Part shown: piece by piece, positions 15,427-36,427 of the stretch
Numbering within the stretch: position 1 is the stretch's first letter
Layout: each line of letters starts with the position of its first letter
Assembly (NCBI RefSeq): GCF_009914755.1
Contig: NC_060927.1
Reading direction: 5' to 3' (one strand)
DNA: 64,000 nucleotides
Origin: the human T2T-CHM13v2.0 reference genome, Homo sapiens
Notes under the pieces: generated by a model
Seen by the model: the letters and a program-made list of their open reading frames with translations, nothing else
Database searches by the model: none
Told to the model about the DNA's origin: nothing
Program-made: the position numbers and the translations under genes

Positions 15427-16140
15427 TAAGCTATCGAACAAGAGGAAGTGACTGGAACCTAATGATACTAATTCAGAAGTCACAAGGCTGACTTGATGAT
15501 TAAAAGATGAAAACTTGAGGCCAGCCCTACTCTAGGAAAGTCCTCACTCCCGAAGAAAGGTGAGAATCAGGGTTGGAATTAGATGGGCAGTGAGAATCTG
15601 GGTTGGAACTGGATGGGCAAGGATGCAGTCTTCGTTTCTTTCCAAGCTTCAAGAAATAGATAGTGCAACAGATAAAGTAGATGTATGAAACGGAAATTGC
15701 CCTTAACACAGGATAACTGAAAAACTCCCAGTTCCCAAATAGCATATAAGATGTAATAGTGAATAATTCAAAAGATTTGCTGTTGTCCCAGCCATTCCAA
15801 CAACAGCTTCAGATTAAATAACATTTACAGATGTCTTGTATGTATCAGGTACTGCCCGTAAGAGGCAGCACAGTGGATAAGTGTATAATTTCTGGAACAA
15901 AACAGCTGAGTCACTTCAGACAAGACATTTAAGCTCTCTATTCTTGGGTTTCCTCCTTTGTAAATTAGGGACAATAACAGTACCCACCCCACAGGATTCT
16001 AGGTGAAAACACATACACATTTTATTTGTTGATATTTGATTTAGAACACAATATTTGAAGCTGGCTCTATCTGCTACATTATGCAAGTAGCTTAGCATTC
16101 CTAAGTCACAGTTTACTCATTTACAAATTGGAAATAATAT

Positions 16141-16602
16141 TGTGGTAGTCTCTCTGCTGCGTTGCTGCCTTTCAATGGCCCAGCCTCATGTTATTTATAC
16201 CTTTACGTAGCCCCTTCCACTTAATCTGGACTGGGCCAGTGATTTGCCTTAACCAGGAAAATGTGGCAGTGAAGTTGTGCCACTTCCCTGCCTTTCCCAT
16301 CCCATCCCCTAGGAAGGTATGGAAGCTTCCACTTTGTACTTTTAGGAGACCTGAGCCACTAAGTAAGAAGTCCAGTTACCCTGTTGGATAAACCACATGG
16401 AGAAGGAAAGGCCCTGAGATACTTGGAGAGAGGGAAAAGTCCAGCTGCCCAGCACCTGAGCTGAGCCCAGCCTCAGCCAACCCCACCGGCTGACTGCAAA
16501 CACATCAGTGACCACCAGTAAGACCAGCAGAGCTGCACAGCCAAGCCCAGCCCAGATTGCAGAATTGTGAGCAAATAAAATGGATATTGCTTTAAGCCAC
16601 AA
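16141..16602 (+). mobile_element. MLT1-family (MaLR) solo LTR
   Basis: Starts tgtggtag; ends cagaattgtgagcaaataaaatggatattgctttaagccac, a typical MLT1 3' end. Confidence 0.8.
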
Positions 16603-16662
16603 AATATTGAAATGTTTTTTAAATGTAGAATGTGCATTCTAAGAATAAAAAGTTGCAAATAA

Positions 16663-17270
<608 letters not shown>

Positions 17271-18128
17271 AAATAAAGCTCTTAACACAAAGCCTGCTTA
17301 ACATAATAAAGCACTCAACAAATATGGCTGTTTTGTTTCATGGAGACCTAAAGATAAGGAAACTGGATCGATGAGTTAGAAAGTATTTTGTCCAAATATA
17401 TACAATGAAACCATGTTAAAAAAAAACAAAAAACCCTGAGATTCAGCCCAGGGTTGTAACTCTAGAGCAGAGTGCATTCTCCAGACTGCATCCTGTGTGA
17501 GCCAGGAGTTGCTCCCTGGTATTGCCATTTTAAATCGTGTGATACTTTTTGTCTGACTATCTCATAAAGAAACTCCACAGCTTTTATAAGATAATCAGTT
17601 GAGAGCACACTCCTGCTGATAGATATGTAAATCTTTCCATTTGCAAACACTTTCCAACAAAGTCCATGCCTGCTTCTAAATCCTCCCCACAACACACTTC
17701 CTACTGAAGCTTCTCCTGAGTCATCCCTTTCTCTTCCCTCTGTTCACATCCAATCAGCGGCAAATGCTATTGATTCTTTCTTCTAGTGTCCCCCAAAATC
17801 CATGCTTCCCTTCCCACTCTCACGACAGGACCTTATCTCAAAATGCTTGAAGTGGTCTCCTAACTGGTTTCTCTGCCTCCAGTCTCTGTTTTCTGGTCTC
17901 CTTCTTTTATGATGTCATTACCCAGCTCAGAAGTTTTTTTTAACAACTGTTCACAAGTATATGAGTCAAAGCTATCAATCTGGCACTAAAGGTTTCCCAA
18001 CACACTGCCATCTTCATAGCTTTCTGACCCTGGTTCTTACATGATCCAGTAATAAAGTATCTTTCTCCCACTTCAGCCAGGCTCTGACCCAAGCATATTT
18101 GGCCTAATTCGTTAATACACCTACCTGA

Positions 18129-18556
<428 letters not shown>

Positions 18557-18653
18557 ATATATTGTATTGTAAAATTCGCCTCAGAAATCTCTTGCCTCCC
18601 CAACTGGACTGTAAATAGCTGCAGGGCTAGAAGCAGCTTAAATTTCTTTATGA

Positions 18654-19028
<375 letters not shown>

Positions 19029-19829
19029 TCAGCACCCATTAGTGTACTGTGCAGTTTGTTAGATAATTTCTCACCATTCACTACGATTTCAGCTACTTCT
19101 GGACTCAACTCTTTAACAAGATTGCAAGCTCTCTGAGAACAAGTCTAAGAGAACTTCACTTTCTTTTTGTTTCTCCCATGCCTAACAAAGTGTTCTCCAT
19201 GCAGGAGTGTTCTGTACATGCCTAACCCAGTGGATTTTGCCCCTGCTATTCATCTGCCATTTTTGCCTCAGGAAAGCTTCAGCTGCTTCTCAGCCCTACC
19301 TCCGGGTTGCTGACTTGGTCTGAATGACTGATTTCAGCAAAGGTGTATGGTTAGAAACTTGGTGGGGTGGCTAAGTTAGAGGACTGTGGTCCCAGAAGCC
19401 CTTGGGGCAGAACCTGCCCTGACTTGCTGAACCAGTATGGAGAAAATTCCCAGAGCCAGGGTTGGGTCACCATTAGCAACTGAAGAGGAGCAAAACAGAC
19501 AAGGACCTTGAATAGATAAAGGTTTGAATAATGAAGAGTCCAGAAAACTATTGAATAAGGTTCAACATGAGGATAAGAGTTGACCAGTTCCTTGACAAAT
19601 CAAACGTGATACTTGTGTTTTCAGAATTTACCATATCCCAAGTGTTTAACACAGTGTCCAGCATATAGCAAATATGCAAATACCTAAATAAAAAATAATT
19701 GGTGCTGCCACTCATTTTTGCATTTACTCTTTTGTTGCCGTGTTTCACTTTGGTGTTCTTAATAAATGCATCACTGGCATGATGATAAGGAAGATAATTT
19801 TGATGATAATGATGATGGAAGGCACTATC

Positions 19830-20183
<354 letters not shown>

Positions 20184-20451
20184 TAGAGAAAAAAGGAATT
20201 TTTGATATTTAATCTTAACTTCAGTACCTTATGTAAGTTATTTATCCTTTAGTATTTTTGCTATCATTTTGGGGCAAGGGACTGGAGGAAATATTTTTAA
20301 ATGGGAAATATTAAGTAATAGATATTTTCCTAGAAAATAAAAATACACTTTTGAAAAGGCTCAACAATATACAGTATGGTTTAGAAGTTAATGATCAGGG
20401 CATATTGCAGAGTTGCTCATTGCACCATGATCTATAATAACGGGAAATTAG

Positions 20452-20764
<313 letters not shown>

Positions 20765-21799
20765 CAGAAATTTCCTAAATATTTAAGAAGAGAATGGTTA
20801 AGTATATCTAACAGCTTAACATATGCAATGAAGATTCTGATAGTTATTTGAAAGTGTTTATGAAGACAATGTGACAACCTGAAAAATGTTTTTAAGAATT
20901 TTTATAATTTTAATGAGAAAAATTACGAAACAAAGATCTGTGAATACTATCATTATAACTTTGTTCAAAAACATGGAAAAATGAATAAAAAGATGCTAAA
21001 ATTATATTAAAAACTATGTAGAAATAAAAAGATAAATATTTCTCTTTGTGTGCTTATATCTGTATATATGTGTAACATGATAACACTGAATCATCACTCT
21101 CAGAAGTACAAACCATATTATTAGTATTATTTTGGGTGTGATGAGAGAACTAATTAGCAGTGTTTGGGGTGGGGGGAATTTCAAGGTGCTCAATATTATC
21201 CATCCATTCAACAAATACGGTACATATTTTTTTAATATCCATTGTGTTCAAGGGCAGAAGTGATCTTTCAAGCTGAGCTTGGAAGAGTTTGCCACCTGAT
21301 TAAAACATTTATTGTTTGACAATTTCACTCAACTCCTCCCTTTACCCAAATAAGTCACAGATCTGGTTACACTAGCTGTTCAAGCCACTGCTCTTCCTTG
21401 TCTTATTTTTCTTGGTGACAAGAGTCAAGTATATATGGGCTCTACTATTATCTCTCTGTCTCAGCATTGTCCAGACACAAGTTAGGACACTTTTCATGCC
21501 TGGTCAAAAAAGTTAATTTGTGGTTTGGAGCCAAGGAGAAGAGAGCCCTCCAAACCAAAACAAGGTGGAGAGAGGACCTGAGTATAAGAAAGCCAGTGCC
21601 TGTGGGCACCAGTTCAATTCACACATGCTTAAAAATGGCTAAATTTTCTTTAAAAATATATATTTCTAGATAATCTTAGATAAGAGAGTAGATTAATTCT
21701 CATACAGCATCTGCCACACAATACATCCTAATTTGACCATATGATTGAAGACATCTCAATCTAGTTATGATCATTAAAAGCTGTTAGTATTTCAACTAT

Positions 21800-22010
21800 G
21801 GCAATAATAATAAATCATATTTATATAATATTTTACAGACTACAAAACAACTTCACATGTACAGTCACACACGAATCTCATAGTAACCCTGTGAGAATGG
21901 GCAGATACACCTTACTAGAACTATTTTACAGATAAGAAAACCAAGGTTTAGAAAAGTTTATGTCTTGCCAAAGGCCATTGATTTATAACAAGAGCACCAG
22001 GACTCAACCC
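21800..22010 (-). mobile_element. MIR
   Basis: attttacagataagaaaaccaagg...cttgccaaagg. Confidence 0.65.
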
Positions 22011-22504
22011 CTCCAGTATCTCTCCGGCTTTCAAATTATATTTCTTCTGTAGTTTCCTAACAGAATCAGACTCTTAATTACTTCCTCCTCTGTGAGCATA
22101 CACTATTTTGTCTTTTCCTTTAAAGAGAGGGAAAGAGAGGCTGTTTTTAAAGGCATTTTTCCTCCACTGACTTACAGTATCATTTCACAAATGTTTTGTC
22201 ATCTAATGGCCATACGATGTACAGAGGCTCCTAAAATGTATATCGAAGCTTAGTTGTCTCCTCCCTCTCATTAAATAAATAAAAACTTAAATGTGTTGGA
22301 GGTACTGAAAATTCAATCAAACCCTGATTATTGGAGCGCTTGTGTGTATTAAAGAATCCTTCTGTGATGTGAATCATTATTTCTAATTAATATGAAACAT
22401 TGGGTCTCTACTTTTTAAGAGTTGTATTCCTAAAATTATTTTGTAAATTGTTTAGTTGGAACTTGATGCATTTTGTTATAGGAAAAAACAAATCTTACTA
22501 ATGG

Positions 22505-22976
<472 letters not shown>

Positions 22977-23578
22977 CTAACCCAGTGGCTGCACGTTGTA
23001 GTTCTACTGAGTCATCATCTCCCATTTTTTGTGAATGATTTTAGACAAGAGAAATTTCACAGTTCATTCTGTATATTTCCTCCTACCTGCCATCTGTTTC
23101 ACCAGAGGGAAAAGAATCTGAAGATATTTGAAAAGAGAATTAAAACATCTTGATAAGATACCAAAGAAAAAGTGAATGAGAAGACCCTTGAGATCTACCT
23201 GTCACCTTCCTAAAAAATTCTGTAACTGCTGTCTGTGAAAGTGTCAGTCAAGGCTTATCCCTCGTATAGATTGTACAGCCTGGAGTTCAACACTAGAGAT
23301 GATAATAATTCAGAGTCTGGTTAGTTGGCATTAAATCTATAAAAATAATACTGGTTAATGGCTTTTAGGGAAAGAAGCCTCTAGATTTTTAGGTATCCAC
23401 TTCTCTCATAAGTGTAAAAGACTGCCTTTTTCCAATTAAATATGACAACTTGTATCTTTCAGCAAGGAAGGATGAAGTTCTTTGTCTAATCCTGATTTAA
23501 ATACATTATCATGTGAAAAATCTCTCTCTTCTATCTGCCCTAAGGATAGATTTTTGGGGCTGTCAAGAGCTGACTCTT

Positions 23579-23866
23579 GGCCAGGCGTGTAATCTGAGCA
23601 CTTTGGGAGGCTAAGGCGGGCAGATCACCTGAGGTCAGGAGTTTGAGACCAGCCTGGCCGACATGGTGAAACCCCGTCTCTACTAAAAATACAAAAAATT
23701 AGCCGGGCATGGTGGCGGGCGCCTGTAATCCCAGCTGCTTAGGAGGTTGAGGCAGGAGAATCACTTGGGCCTGGGAGGCAGTGGTTGCAGTAAGCCGAGA
23801 TGGCGCCACTGCACTCCAGGCAGGGCAACAGAGCAAGATTGTGTCTCAAAAAAAACAACAAAAAAC
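23579..23866 (+). mobile_element. AluSx-like with a short 5' deletion
   Basis: Alu consensus. Confidence 0.93.
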
Positions 23867-24384
23867 TGAGTCTTCATTGCTTCACATCACAACTCAAGGT
23901 CTAAAATTTGAAGTGTTGGATCCCATTCTTAGAAAAAAATAAGTAGTTACCAATGGGGAACGGGGGATCCCTTTTAATAAATTCTCTGACAACACTGAGG
24001 CAATAGTTACATTGATTTCTCCACATAAGCTCCCTCAGACACTCCACTCACCAAAAAGTCACCTTGGTTTCAAATTTTTTTTCATTAGTGTTTGAACACC
24101 CCACAAAAAGACTGCCATGAAGTCTCATTCTGTTTGGCTGGAAAGACAAGCATAATCTAGTGGTAAATTTCAACCTTGCTAATGAATCCTCCCTTTGACT
24201 TTCTGGTCAGCTTTGCTAAATGAGTAACTTTACAGCCTCCAACACAAGCCATTGGCGTGGGAGAGACTTGGCCTTTTTTACCCAAAATCACCAAAGGCCT
24301 TTGTACAGAGTCCAAGTTTTTACCTTTAGTCAGTCTTTTCTATTTCACCACTGCCAGGGGTTTTGTTTTTGTGGAACAAGAAAT

Positions 24385-24496
24385 AAGAACCCCACATATA
24401 CAAGGTTATACACATATACAAGAACCCCCACATATACAAGAACAATACACATATACAATATACCCCCACATATACAAGAACCCCACATCTTACAAG
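24385..24496. repeat. Degenerate ~18-bp minisatellite (6 units)
   Basis: Core CACATATACAA repeated five times plus one variant. Confidence 0.85.
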
Positions 24497-25054
24497 GGAA
24501 CCTCCTTTGTGACCACATAATCTTACCAAGGAAAATCCCAAATGAGTTCCTGCACCAGTCCCATTACTCTGCAGCCTGGGCAGCAGTGGGTAGCTAGTCT
24601 GGGAACAAGAGTGCTCTTCTCTTTCTGTTATCACATACCCATCTGAACTCAAAAGGGCTTCACTTAAATAAGGAATTTCCATTCTTCTAGAAATGTCATT
24701 TCACTTGAACTTGCACTTCTATCGTTTAAAGAAGACAAACAAGGTCCCCAGTACTAGAGTCCAGTGGGAGGGAAAAGGAAAGGAAACATTAAAAGTAATC
24801 CAGGGAAACTCTGAAGGTAAACTTGCCCTTCTGAAAACAGACAAAGGTAGACCTCTGCTTCCCTGCTACAATTTCTAGAAAAAGCAAAACCATCCTGAAA
24901 CCCCTCTGGAGAGTTCAATTACAGCAAACTGGCCAACAATGATATCTATATTTATACAGTAAATGTGTTTAATATCATGTTCAAACTACCAATCAAGAAA
25001 AAAAAATGAATAAAAATAGATGATTACCTGGAAAATCACTAGTAAGCGTGGCTT

Positions 25055-25999
<945 letters not shown>

Positions 26000-27099
26000 T
26001 TACTCACTGCCCAAGAGCTTCCTCTCTCCAGTCACCGGACTCCTGCTGCAACAGGACCAGCTAAGGAATATCGATCCAGTCTGGGAAAAAAGTTATCACA
26101 CTGCTTAGGCAGATACACATTCTGAAGAAAAGGAGAAAGTGCAAATCCTCTTGCAGGAGTCCTTTCAACTCAGTTTGTGGCTGGTTATGTAAATGAGGAG
26201 GCCGTGCAAGAGAATGGGGTCATGAGCTGCCTGGGGATTAAGCATGACAACGCCGTCTGTCCTGGGAAGAAATGATACTTTGCACTTGTATAATACCTTT
26301 CATCCATCCAGCAATAATAAATAAGACTTCGTACTTTCAGCCAAATATTGCAAAAACTTAACAAATATTTAACTCATGAATCCTCAGAACCACCAAGAAG
26401 GGAACACTTTTGAAAGGAAGAAAGAAAACAGCTTCATCCTCATGATCCACTGGGGAATCTAAGGTCAGAAGAAACGGGTCTACACCTGGCCTCTCAACAC
26501 CGCTGGCAGGACTCCTGACAAGCAAGGACATTCCTGTGTATGAACACTGTCTAAGGTGACCTAGACACAGGATTTCGAAAAGAGCAGAGGCAAACCAGAA
26601 AAACCCCTGCTTGTACATTCAGCCCAGGGAATCTACGAAGCTTTCAAAAGAGGTTTGGTTCTGAGTCTATAAGGGTTCTTTGAAGCCTCTTCAAAAGTTT
26701 CTGCTGGCATATCCCCTAACAGAATGTTTTAAAACCATGTACTCCTTCACAAAATTTTCAGTTGACATCTAAAATATTACATCGTATGTTTGAATAATTG
26801 CAAAGGTTGTAATTTTCATGATGTTATTAATATAGATATTTTAAAATAAACTATTGCAATTTGCTTTGAAATATCCAATTGAATCTAAATCCAAGCGATT
26901 TGATGCCCACCACATCCATTTTAAAAGTCTACAAATGAGCTCTTTTTTAACAGTCAGATGTTTTTTCCCTAAGCTCCTATTTTTATTCTACTTCTACATA
27001 TTTATCTTAATGTACTATATTATTATGCTTAAAGGTCTTATTATTCATTTTTTATATTATACTTCTCTGCATTAAAAATGTTTGTAATTTTTTTATTTC

Positions 27100-27730
27100 C
27101 TGTGTTATTATGAAGCTGATTTGTAATAACAAATAGGTCCAGCATGTAACTGCTCAACACAATCAAAGCCTATTTCTTTCTCACAGAATAGTCCTGGGTG
27201 AGGTCCCCAGGTAAGCAAAGTGCTCCCCACCACATAGTGATGAGGGGAACCTAATTCCTTTCATCTTATGGCTTCCCTGTCTCCTAGAAAAAGGGTTTAG
27301 CTTGTGGGCCTATTTTTGTGTGCTCTGGGAGCTAAGAATAGATTTACATCTTTAAAAGGCTACAAAAAAACAAAAAACAAACAAACAAACAAACAAAAAA
27401 ACAACCAGTAGAATGTGCATCAGAGGCTTTATGTGGCCGCAAAGCCCAAAATAGTTACTGTCTGGCTTTTTACCAAAGTTCGCCAACCGCTTTCCTAGAG
27501 CCTCATTCTCAATTCGTGTAGCTGGTAGAAGGAGAAAAAGCAAAGAAAAGCACAGAAGATATTTCATGGGACCAGGCCTGGAAGTGACATACATGATTTC
27601 CACTCACAAGTTGTTGCCAGAACAATTACATGACTACATGTTACAGCAAGGATGATGGGGAAAAGTAGGCTACCTACGTACCCGAAGGAGGGTGGAACAA
27701 ATTGTGGGAGCCAGGTAATAGTTTCTACCA
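27100..27730 (-). mobile_element. Old MLT1 LTR interrupted by a MER58-like DNA element (~27290-27495)
   Basis: MLT1-like tgtaataacaaatag... and gggaccaggcctggaagtg; MER58-like gtggccgcaaagcccaaaata...tctggc...aaagttcgcc. Confidence 0.55.
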
Positions 27731-28019
27731 TGGCCAAGCCTCTAAAGAGTCAAAAACTTATTATTATTACAATTATTATTGGTGTAAAAATATCAAAGTG
27801 ACCCACATACATGTTAAATTAATATAAATAACTTAAAAAGAAACATTTTATTAGAGATATAGTTCTTAATAAGATGAATGGGACTATTTTCAATTAGTTC
27901 ATGTATCTCAACTTAGAGTACTAATTTTATGCCTACTTTTTATTTTTATAAATGTTTATATAAAAAATCTTTCTATAAAAAGATATATAAGAGGATGGAT
28001 GGTAATGGAAGAAGTTTTT

Positions 28020-28470
<451 letters not shown>

Positions 28471-29169
28471 ATTAAAAATCAGTTAAAAGAAGAAATAAGT
28501 TGAGAATTGACTATCACTGGAAAAATATTCAATGACGTAATTTCATAGAAGTAGGTTTTAATTACTTTATTCAATGATGTGTACGTTATGTAAAAAAATC
28601 AGGTGAATTTTTAATCCATGAATTCTATCTTGTGTAGTAGAGAATGTAGTAACCTCAGAAAACATTCCATTTAAATTTAAAACTATTTTTATGTTACCCC
28701 CAATTTTAGAGGGATCATTCACACTGCATTCTACAAAAGGTGAATGACACTCGGAAAGGCATGTGAAAATTTGGTATGTGCTTGGTATGGATGCATCACT
28801 CAGCCCTGAATCAGCATCAGTATCTGGCACTGCATCTGCTGCTCAGAGACATTTTTTCCAGCTAATGGCCCCTCCTAGGTTTTGAGAATTTTGTTTTGAA
28901 AATAAGTGAAAACAAAAAGCAGACTCCATTTTTAGCATTTGAAGTGTTCTTTACTTTGCTGTCATGGGTCTCTCTCTCCAGAGTTATGCATTCTTTGACA
29001 ATAACCAGAGAGGCCAGGGATGGGAGGAGCCAATACTTCAAATGGTCCCTTTGTTTCCCCCTCCCCTATTCCCCAGAGGTCTCAAGATTTTGGAGGTACC
29101 AAGGTAAGAGTCAAGACAGGTAAGGAGAAGATAGGCTGTTTTGCAATGGAAGGTGAAAATAAAGAATTT

Positions 29170-29852
<683 letters not shown>

Positions 29853-30369
29853 TTAAGGCTAGCCTTCAGAGAGAACAAGCCAAAATTGATTCTCTTAAGA
29901 ATCTGTACTGATACACCTCCTTAGAAAGTTACTTAACTTAGCTTGAAGATTGTTCTTTTAGGGAGATTTCTGTATACTGTTCCTTTGGTTAAGCAAAAGA
30001 GGTGTTTAGCTAAGACCACACGTCCATGTTTTCTAGTCTAGCTCTTGGTGCTAGTTTTGACATTCAAAGCTCGCTGGGCCTTCTAACTCTTATATTCTAT
30101 GGTTTAAACATTCTATGGTATGTTTGAATGTTTTTCTGAAGGTTAGAGAGAACCAATGGCATTTTTAAACAAAAGGGCTAAGTGGAAAAGCAGTGTTTCT
30201 GGAAGATAAATCCAACAAAATTGTGATGGAAAAAATGTGGGGAGACCAGTTGGTAAACTATCACAGCTGTCCTTGAGACGCTAGTCCGGGGTTTGGACTA
30301 AGATGGTAGAAGGAAACCAGAATCATATATCTTACTTCTTTTGATTTTCCCCTTTTTTCTTGTTAGAAG

Positions 30370-30790
30370 AACTCCAGTTTTATTTGGGTATCTACACATC
30401 AGGGAAGATGACACTATCCCTGGCTCAGGGCCATATCTTGATTAATCTAAGCCAATCATGACAACCCTATACTCCTTACCAGTGACTGATTGTTTTTAAA
30501 ATGAGCATGTTTTGGCCAATGAGATGTGAGACGTCTGCTGAAGGACTTTAGGGAAATATTTCTTTATTCATATTACACATACAAGAGAAACTACTGTCTG
30601 CTTCATCTGAACATTGGAGTATCTAGGGTGATGCCTAGATCTCTGGCAGCCATTTTGTAACCAAGAGGGCAGCTGGCCTGAAGATGAAGATGAGTGAACA
30701 GAGAGACAGGAATGATCAGGGTCTTTGATCATGTTTTTCAGCCACCCAGCCTCCTGATTTTTGAACTTGTATCACCAGGAGAATAATGGT
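30370..30790 (+). mobile_element. Old MLT1 LTR fragment
   Basis: ttaatctaagccaatca...ttggccaatgagatgtgag...ctggcagccattttgtaacc. Confidence 0.55.
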
Positions 30791-30957
30791 ACCGAAGAAA
30801 TTTGGACAGCCAGAAGAAAGAGCTTAGAGGAAGACAATGAAACTACCAGTGTTAAAAGTGTCTAGTGTGAGGAGCAGTGGTGTTTCTAGGTAAAATGGCC
30901 AGAACCTAATTAAAAACATGGAAGTGGAGTGAAGGAGTAATATTAGAACTCAAAATT

Positions 30958-31244
30958 TCTTTCTTTTTTTTTTTGAGATGGAGTCTTGCTCTGTTGCCCA
31001 GGCTGGAGTGCAGTGGCACGATCTCGGCTCACTGCAAGCTCTGCCTCCCAGGGGTCACGCCATTCTCCTGCCTCAGCCTCCCGAGTAGCTGAGACTACAG
31101 GCGTCCACCACCATGCCCAGCTAATTTTTTGTGTTTTTAGTAGAGATGAGGTTTCACCATGGTCTCGATCTCCTGACCTCGTGATCGGCCCGTCTCAGCT
31201 TCCCAAAGTGCTGGGATTACAGGCGTGAGCCACCGCGCCCAGCC
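30958..31244 (-). mobile_element. AluY/Sc-like
   Basis: Full dimer; TSD tagaactcaaaatttc. Confidence 0.93.
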
Positions 31245-31789
31245 TAGAACTCAAAATTTCAATGCAGAAGTTATTTGCAGAAACTGGTATCTACTGGTAA
31301 GGAATTATGGTGGAACATTGACCATGTCCTAATGTCCACACCTAATACCTCCAGGCGGAATCCAGCACCAGGGGGAAAAAATCACAAATTACCATCTGCT
31401 TAAAGAAAAAGGAGAGAGATGTCCTTGTCAACCTATTTTTAAGATAAAGATCTACTTACATTTCAGAACAGGAATTCTGATTTCCCCAAAAAGAGAAGGG
31501 AAAGAGACAAAAAAAAATCTTCAGTATTGATTCTTTATCAGCAAAATTTAGTAAGAATCTTTCCAGATAATTTAAGGATTTTAGCATCTCTGGTTTTAAA
31601 GGGGAGTCCTCATCATCTCTTCAACAATATGAAAATCCAGTCTCATTTTTATTGAATCAGGGCAAAATCCTTGTCAGACTAGATTCTTTGTGTTTTTTTT
31701 GCGGAAAGAAGGAACAAGAAAAAAAATCCTTTAGGGTAGATGACCTGTCTGATGATGGTAAGCACAGCTTCAGTACATCAGGTTTTTTG

Positions 31790-31980
31790 CAGGGTGCTTT
31801 TACATACTGTTTCCAGTCCTTACAGCAACCCTGCCTGGCAGATATTGTTAGTTCAGATTTATGATGAGAAAAACAGAGGATTAGAGAGACTAAGTAATTT
31901 GCCCATGCGCACAGTTAGCTGGGATTCTAAACCGGGTCTGCCTATTTTCAAGGTACATGCCCTGCTTGCCACACACCACT
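31790..31980 (-). mobile_element. MIR
   Basis: gatgagaaaaacagagg...agagagactaagtaatttgccca. Confidence 0.65.
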
Positions 31981-32163
31981 GACTTTTTAAGGGAGACAAT
32001 AAAGGGAGAGCAGGGAAAGCAATGGGATTGGCAGTGTGCATGCTTTTCAATAGTGAAAGTCAGCAAAAGAGTCAGAGAAGGAGCAACCAGAAAGATTATG
32101 TTAAATCCTGAAGTCTGTCACCACCATCCACCCTCCTCAGTCAACTAGATAACCTTGAGACTC

Positions 32164-32457
<294 letters not shown>

Positions 32458-32815
32458 AGACTCTTAAATGGAGAGGGCACAGTCCCTAGGCAACTTGATA
32501 CTCCCCTACAGGAGCAATTTCATATTTGCTAAAAATGCTTTCCTCCCAAATACATTTATGAAAGAAACCACTGTATATACAAACAGCTCTGGCACGTAAT
32601 ATTAAAGTAGTGATCCCAAAATTCTGTTGTTGGCTCTATTGTCTTCCCATTATCCAGTGTCTTGGTCAAACTCATCCATTCCCATGACTTGGACTACCTT
32701 TCATACACTGACAAGCTCCAAATGTATATCTACAGAGCACTTTCCAGTATTAGACACCACTTAATGTCTCCTACGGTGTTCCCACAGGAACCTAAAACTC
32801 AATCTATCTAATGTA

Positions 32816-33387
<572 letters not shown>

Positions 33388-34063
33388 TAATGAGATGGAT
33401 TTCTAATCTAGTCTAACTTTTCATCTCAACTATTTCAAAATTATCTTGAAGCTCTAATTCACAGAACACTTATACACAGTGATTATAATTACTGTGCAGC
33501 TAGAGTGGATGCTAATAGGAGGGTACCTAAGCAACAAATAGACAGAAGTGGCCAACTTATGTAAAGACAGGTTTGAGGCCATCCCTTAGAACTGTGGAGT
33601 CCCAAGTCAGCCTCCCTTCATCTGGAACACAAACTCCCCTGGCAGTTCTGCAGGCCCTTTTTCCATAATGGCCAGTAGTACATTCTGCTTAATTGTCATG
33701 TTCTGTTAATCACAGGAAGCAGTGAGTGGCAGACATTACTCACCATGCTCACTACCTACTCTGCAGGGACCACAGTCTATGCCATTAGATCCCACACTCT
33801 GGAGCCCTTTGATCCACAGCCTGAGGCAAGTCGCCAAGCCCTACCCTGCCACTGTGAAGGCTTACAGTATCAATTTCTTTATGTACCAGCTGCCAGTGAC
33901 ACACAAGTTTGGAATTTCTCCCTCATCTACCAAATTCTATCTCCGTTATCAGAAATGGATTTACAGATTTTTCATGAAACTAATAAATCTTAAACATCAG
34001 GACCCTCAATTCATGGGAACTTTCCAAGGTCCTGGAGGAATTATATTAACGTGTTCACAAGTA

Positions 34064-34492
<429 letters not shown>

Positions 34493-35318
34493 TAAGGAAG
34501 AGTTAAGAATGGATACATATGTTTGAATTTAGTGAGATATATTTATGTGCTTTATAATTTCCACATCAGAAAATTAGGACAATACTGCCTACCTTTTAGG
34601 GTTATTTTGAGCATGATATAACAATATGGCAGCCAACATATTCACCAATGAATATGTCCTAACTTCCTGAAATTCTAGCCTCTTTTCTCTGTACTGTTCA
34701 GCCTTTCCAGATAAGTTGGCTCCCAGTAAAATAGTAAACACAAGAGGAATTTACCTAGTTTAGCTGGACTGATCCTAGCACAGTATAGATAAGTTAGATA
34801 AATATCATTATGCCCATGATTATCCCTGCCCTCAAAGCATCACCTCTGTTGGGAGTTCAGGGAAAGAGAACAGATGGAATGGTGGGAAAAAAAAAAAAAG
34901 TAAAATGCCAACACAGAAAGGTAAAACCAGGCCTTAATTCCTGAGAGGGAGCCAAAGGTTGGCAAAGAAAAGTGATGAGCTCCTAGGGATGATGATAAAA
35001 ACCTCTCAGGTGGAATAATGATATACTTTTATGAGGAAATGGACAGACTTAACTGTCCTACACTGCCTTCCATCTGCAAGCCTGCCACTAGCATTTCCCA
35101 ATTTTCCAGGGCTGATTTCTCAAGCTTTGATTGGAAGCCGATGGCGTCCTAGAGAGACAGGCAACATTTCTTTGCCCCAAGAAATTCAGAACTGTATTCT
35201 GACATCATGGTAAATCTCTGCTGGTCTCTCCTTCTACTTGTGTGAATGTGGGAAAGTTACTTAACACTTCCCTTTCCTCAGCTATTCAATAAGGTGATGA
35301 CAATAACCTCCTCATAGA

Positions 35319-36100
<782 letters not shown>

Positions 36101-36427
36101 TTATTTTTCTTTTTAACATATGTATTATGTAATATTGGTGGCTGTATTATATAAAACCAGTTACATACTTACAAACATTTTGGTTGCTTTCAGTTTTATT
36201 TTTAGTGAAAGATGGATACATTTATCAAACAATGCTGCAAAGAACATACATCTGTAGTACCTTGTACATACATCTTGTACTTACAGCTTTCAATACAAGA
36301 AGTAGAATTGCTGGGTCAAAACAATTTGATACATCTAAATAAACTGCCATCCAAAGAGACTGAATGTGTGGTGTAAGAGTTTTCCCACATTTTCTCTAAC
36401 TTCGGGTTGTCAATCAAGATCAACTTT

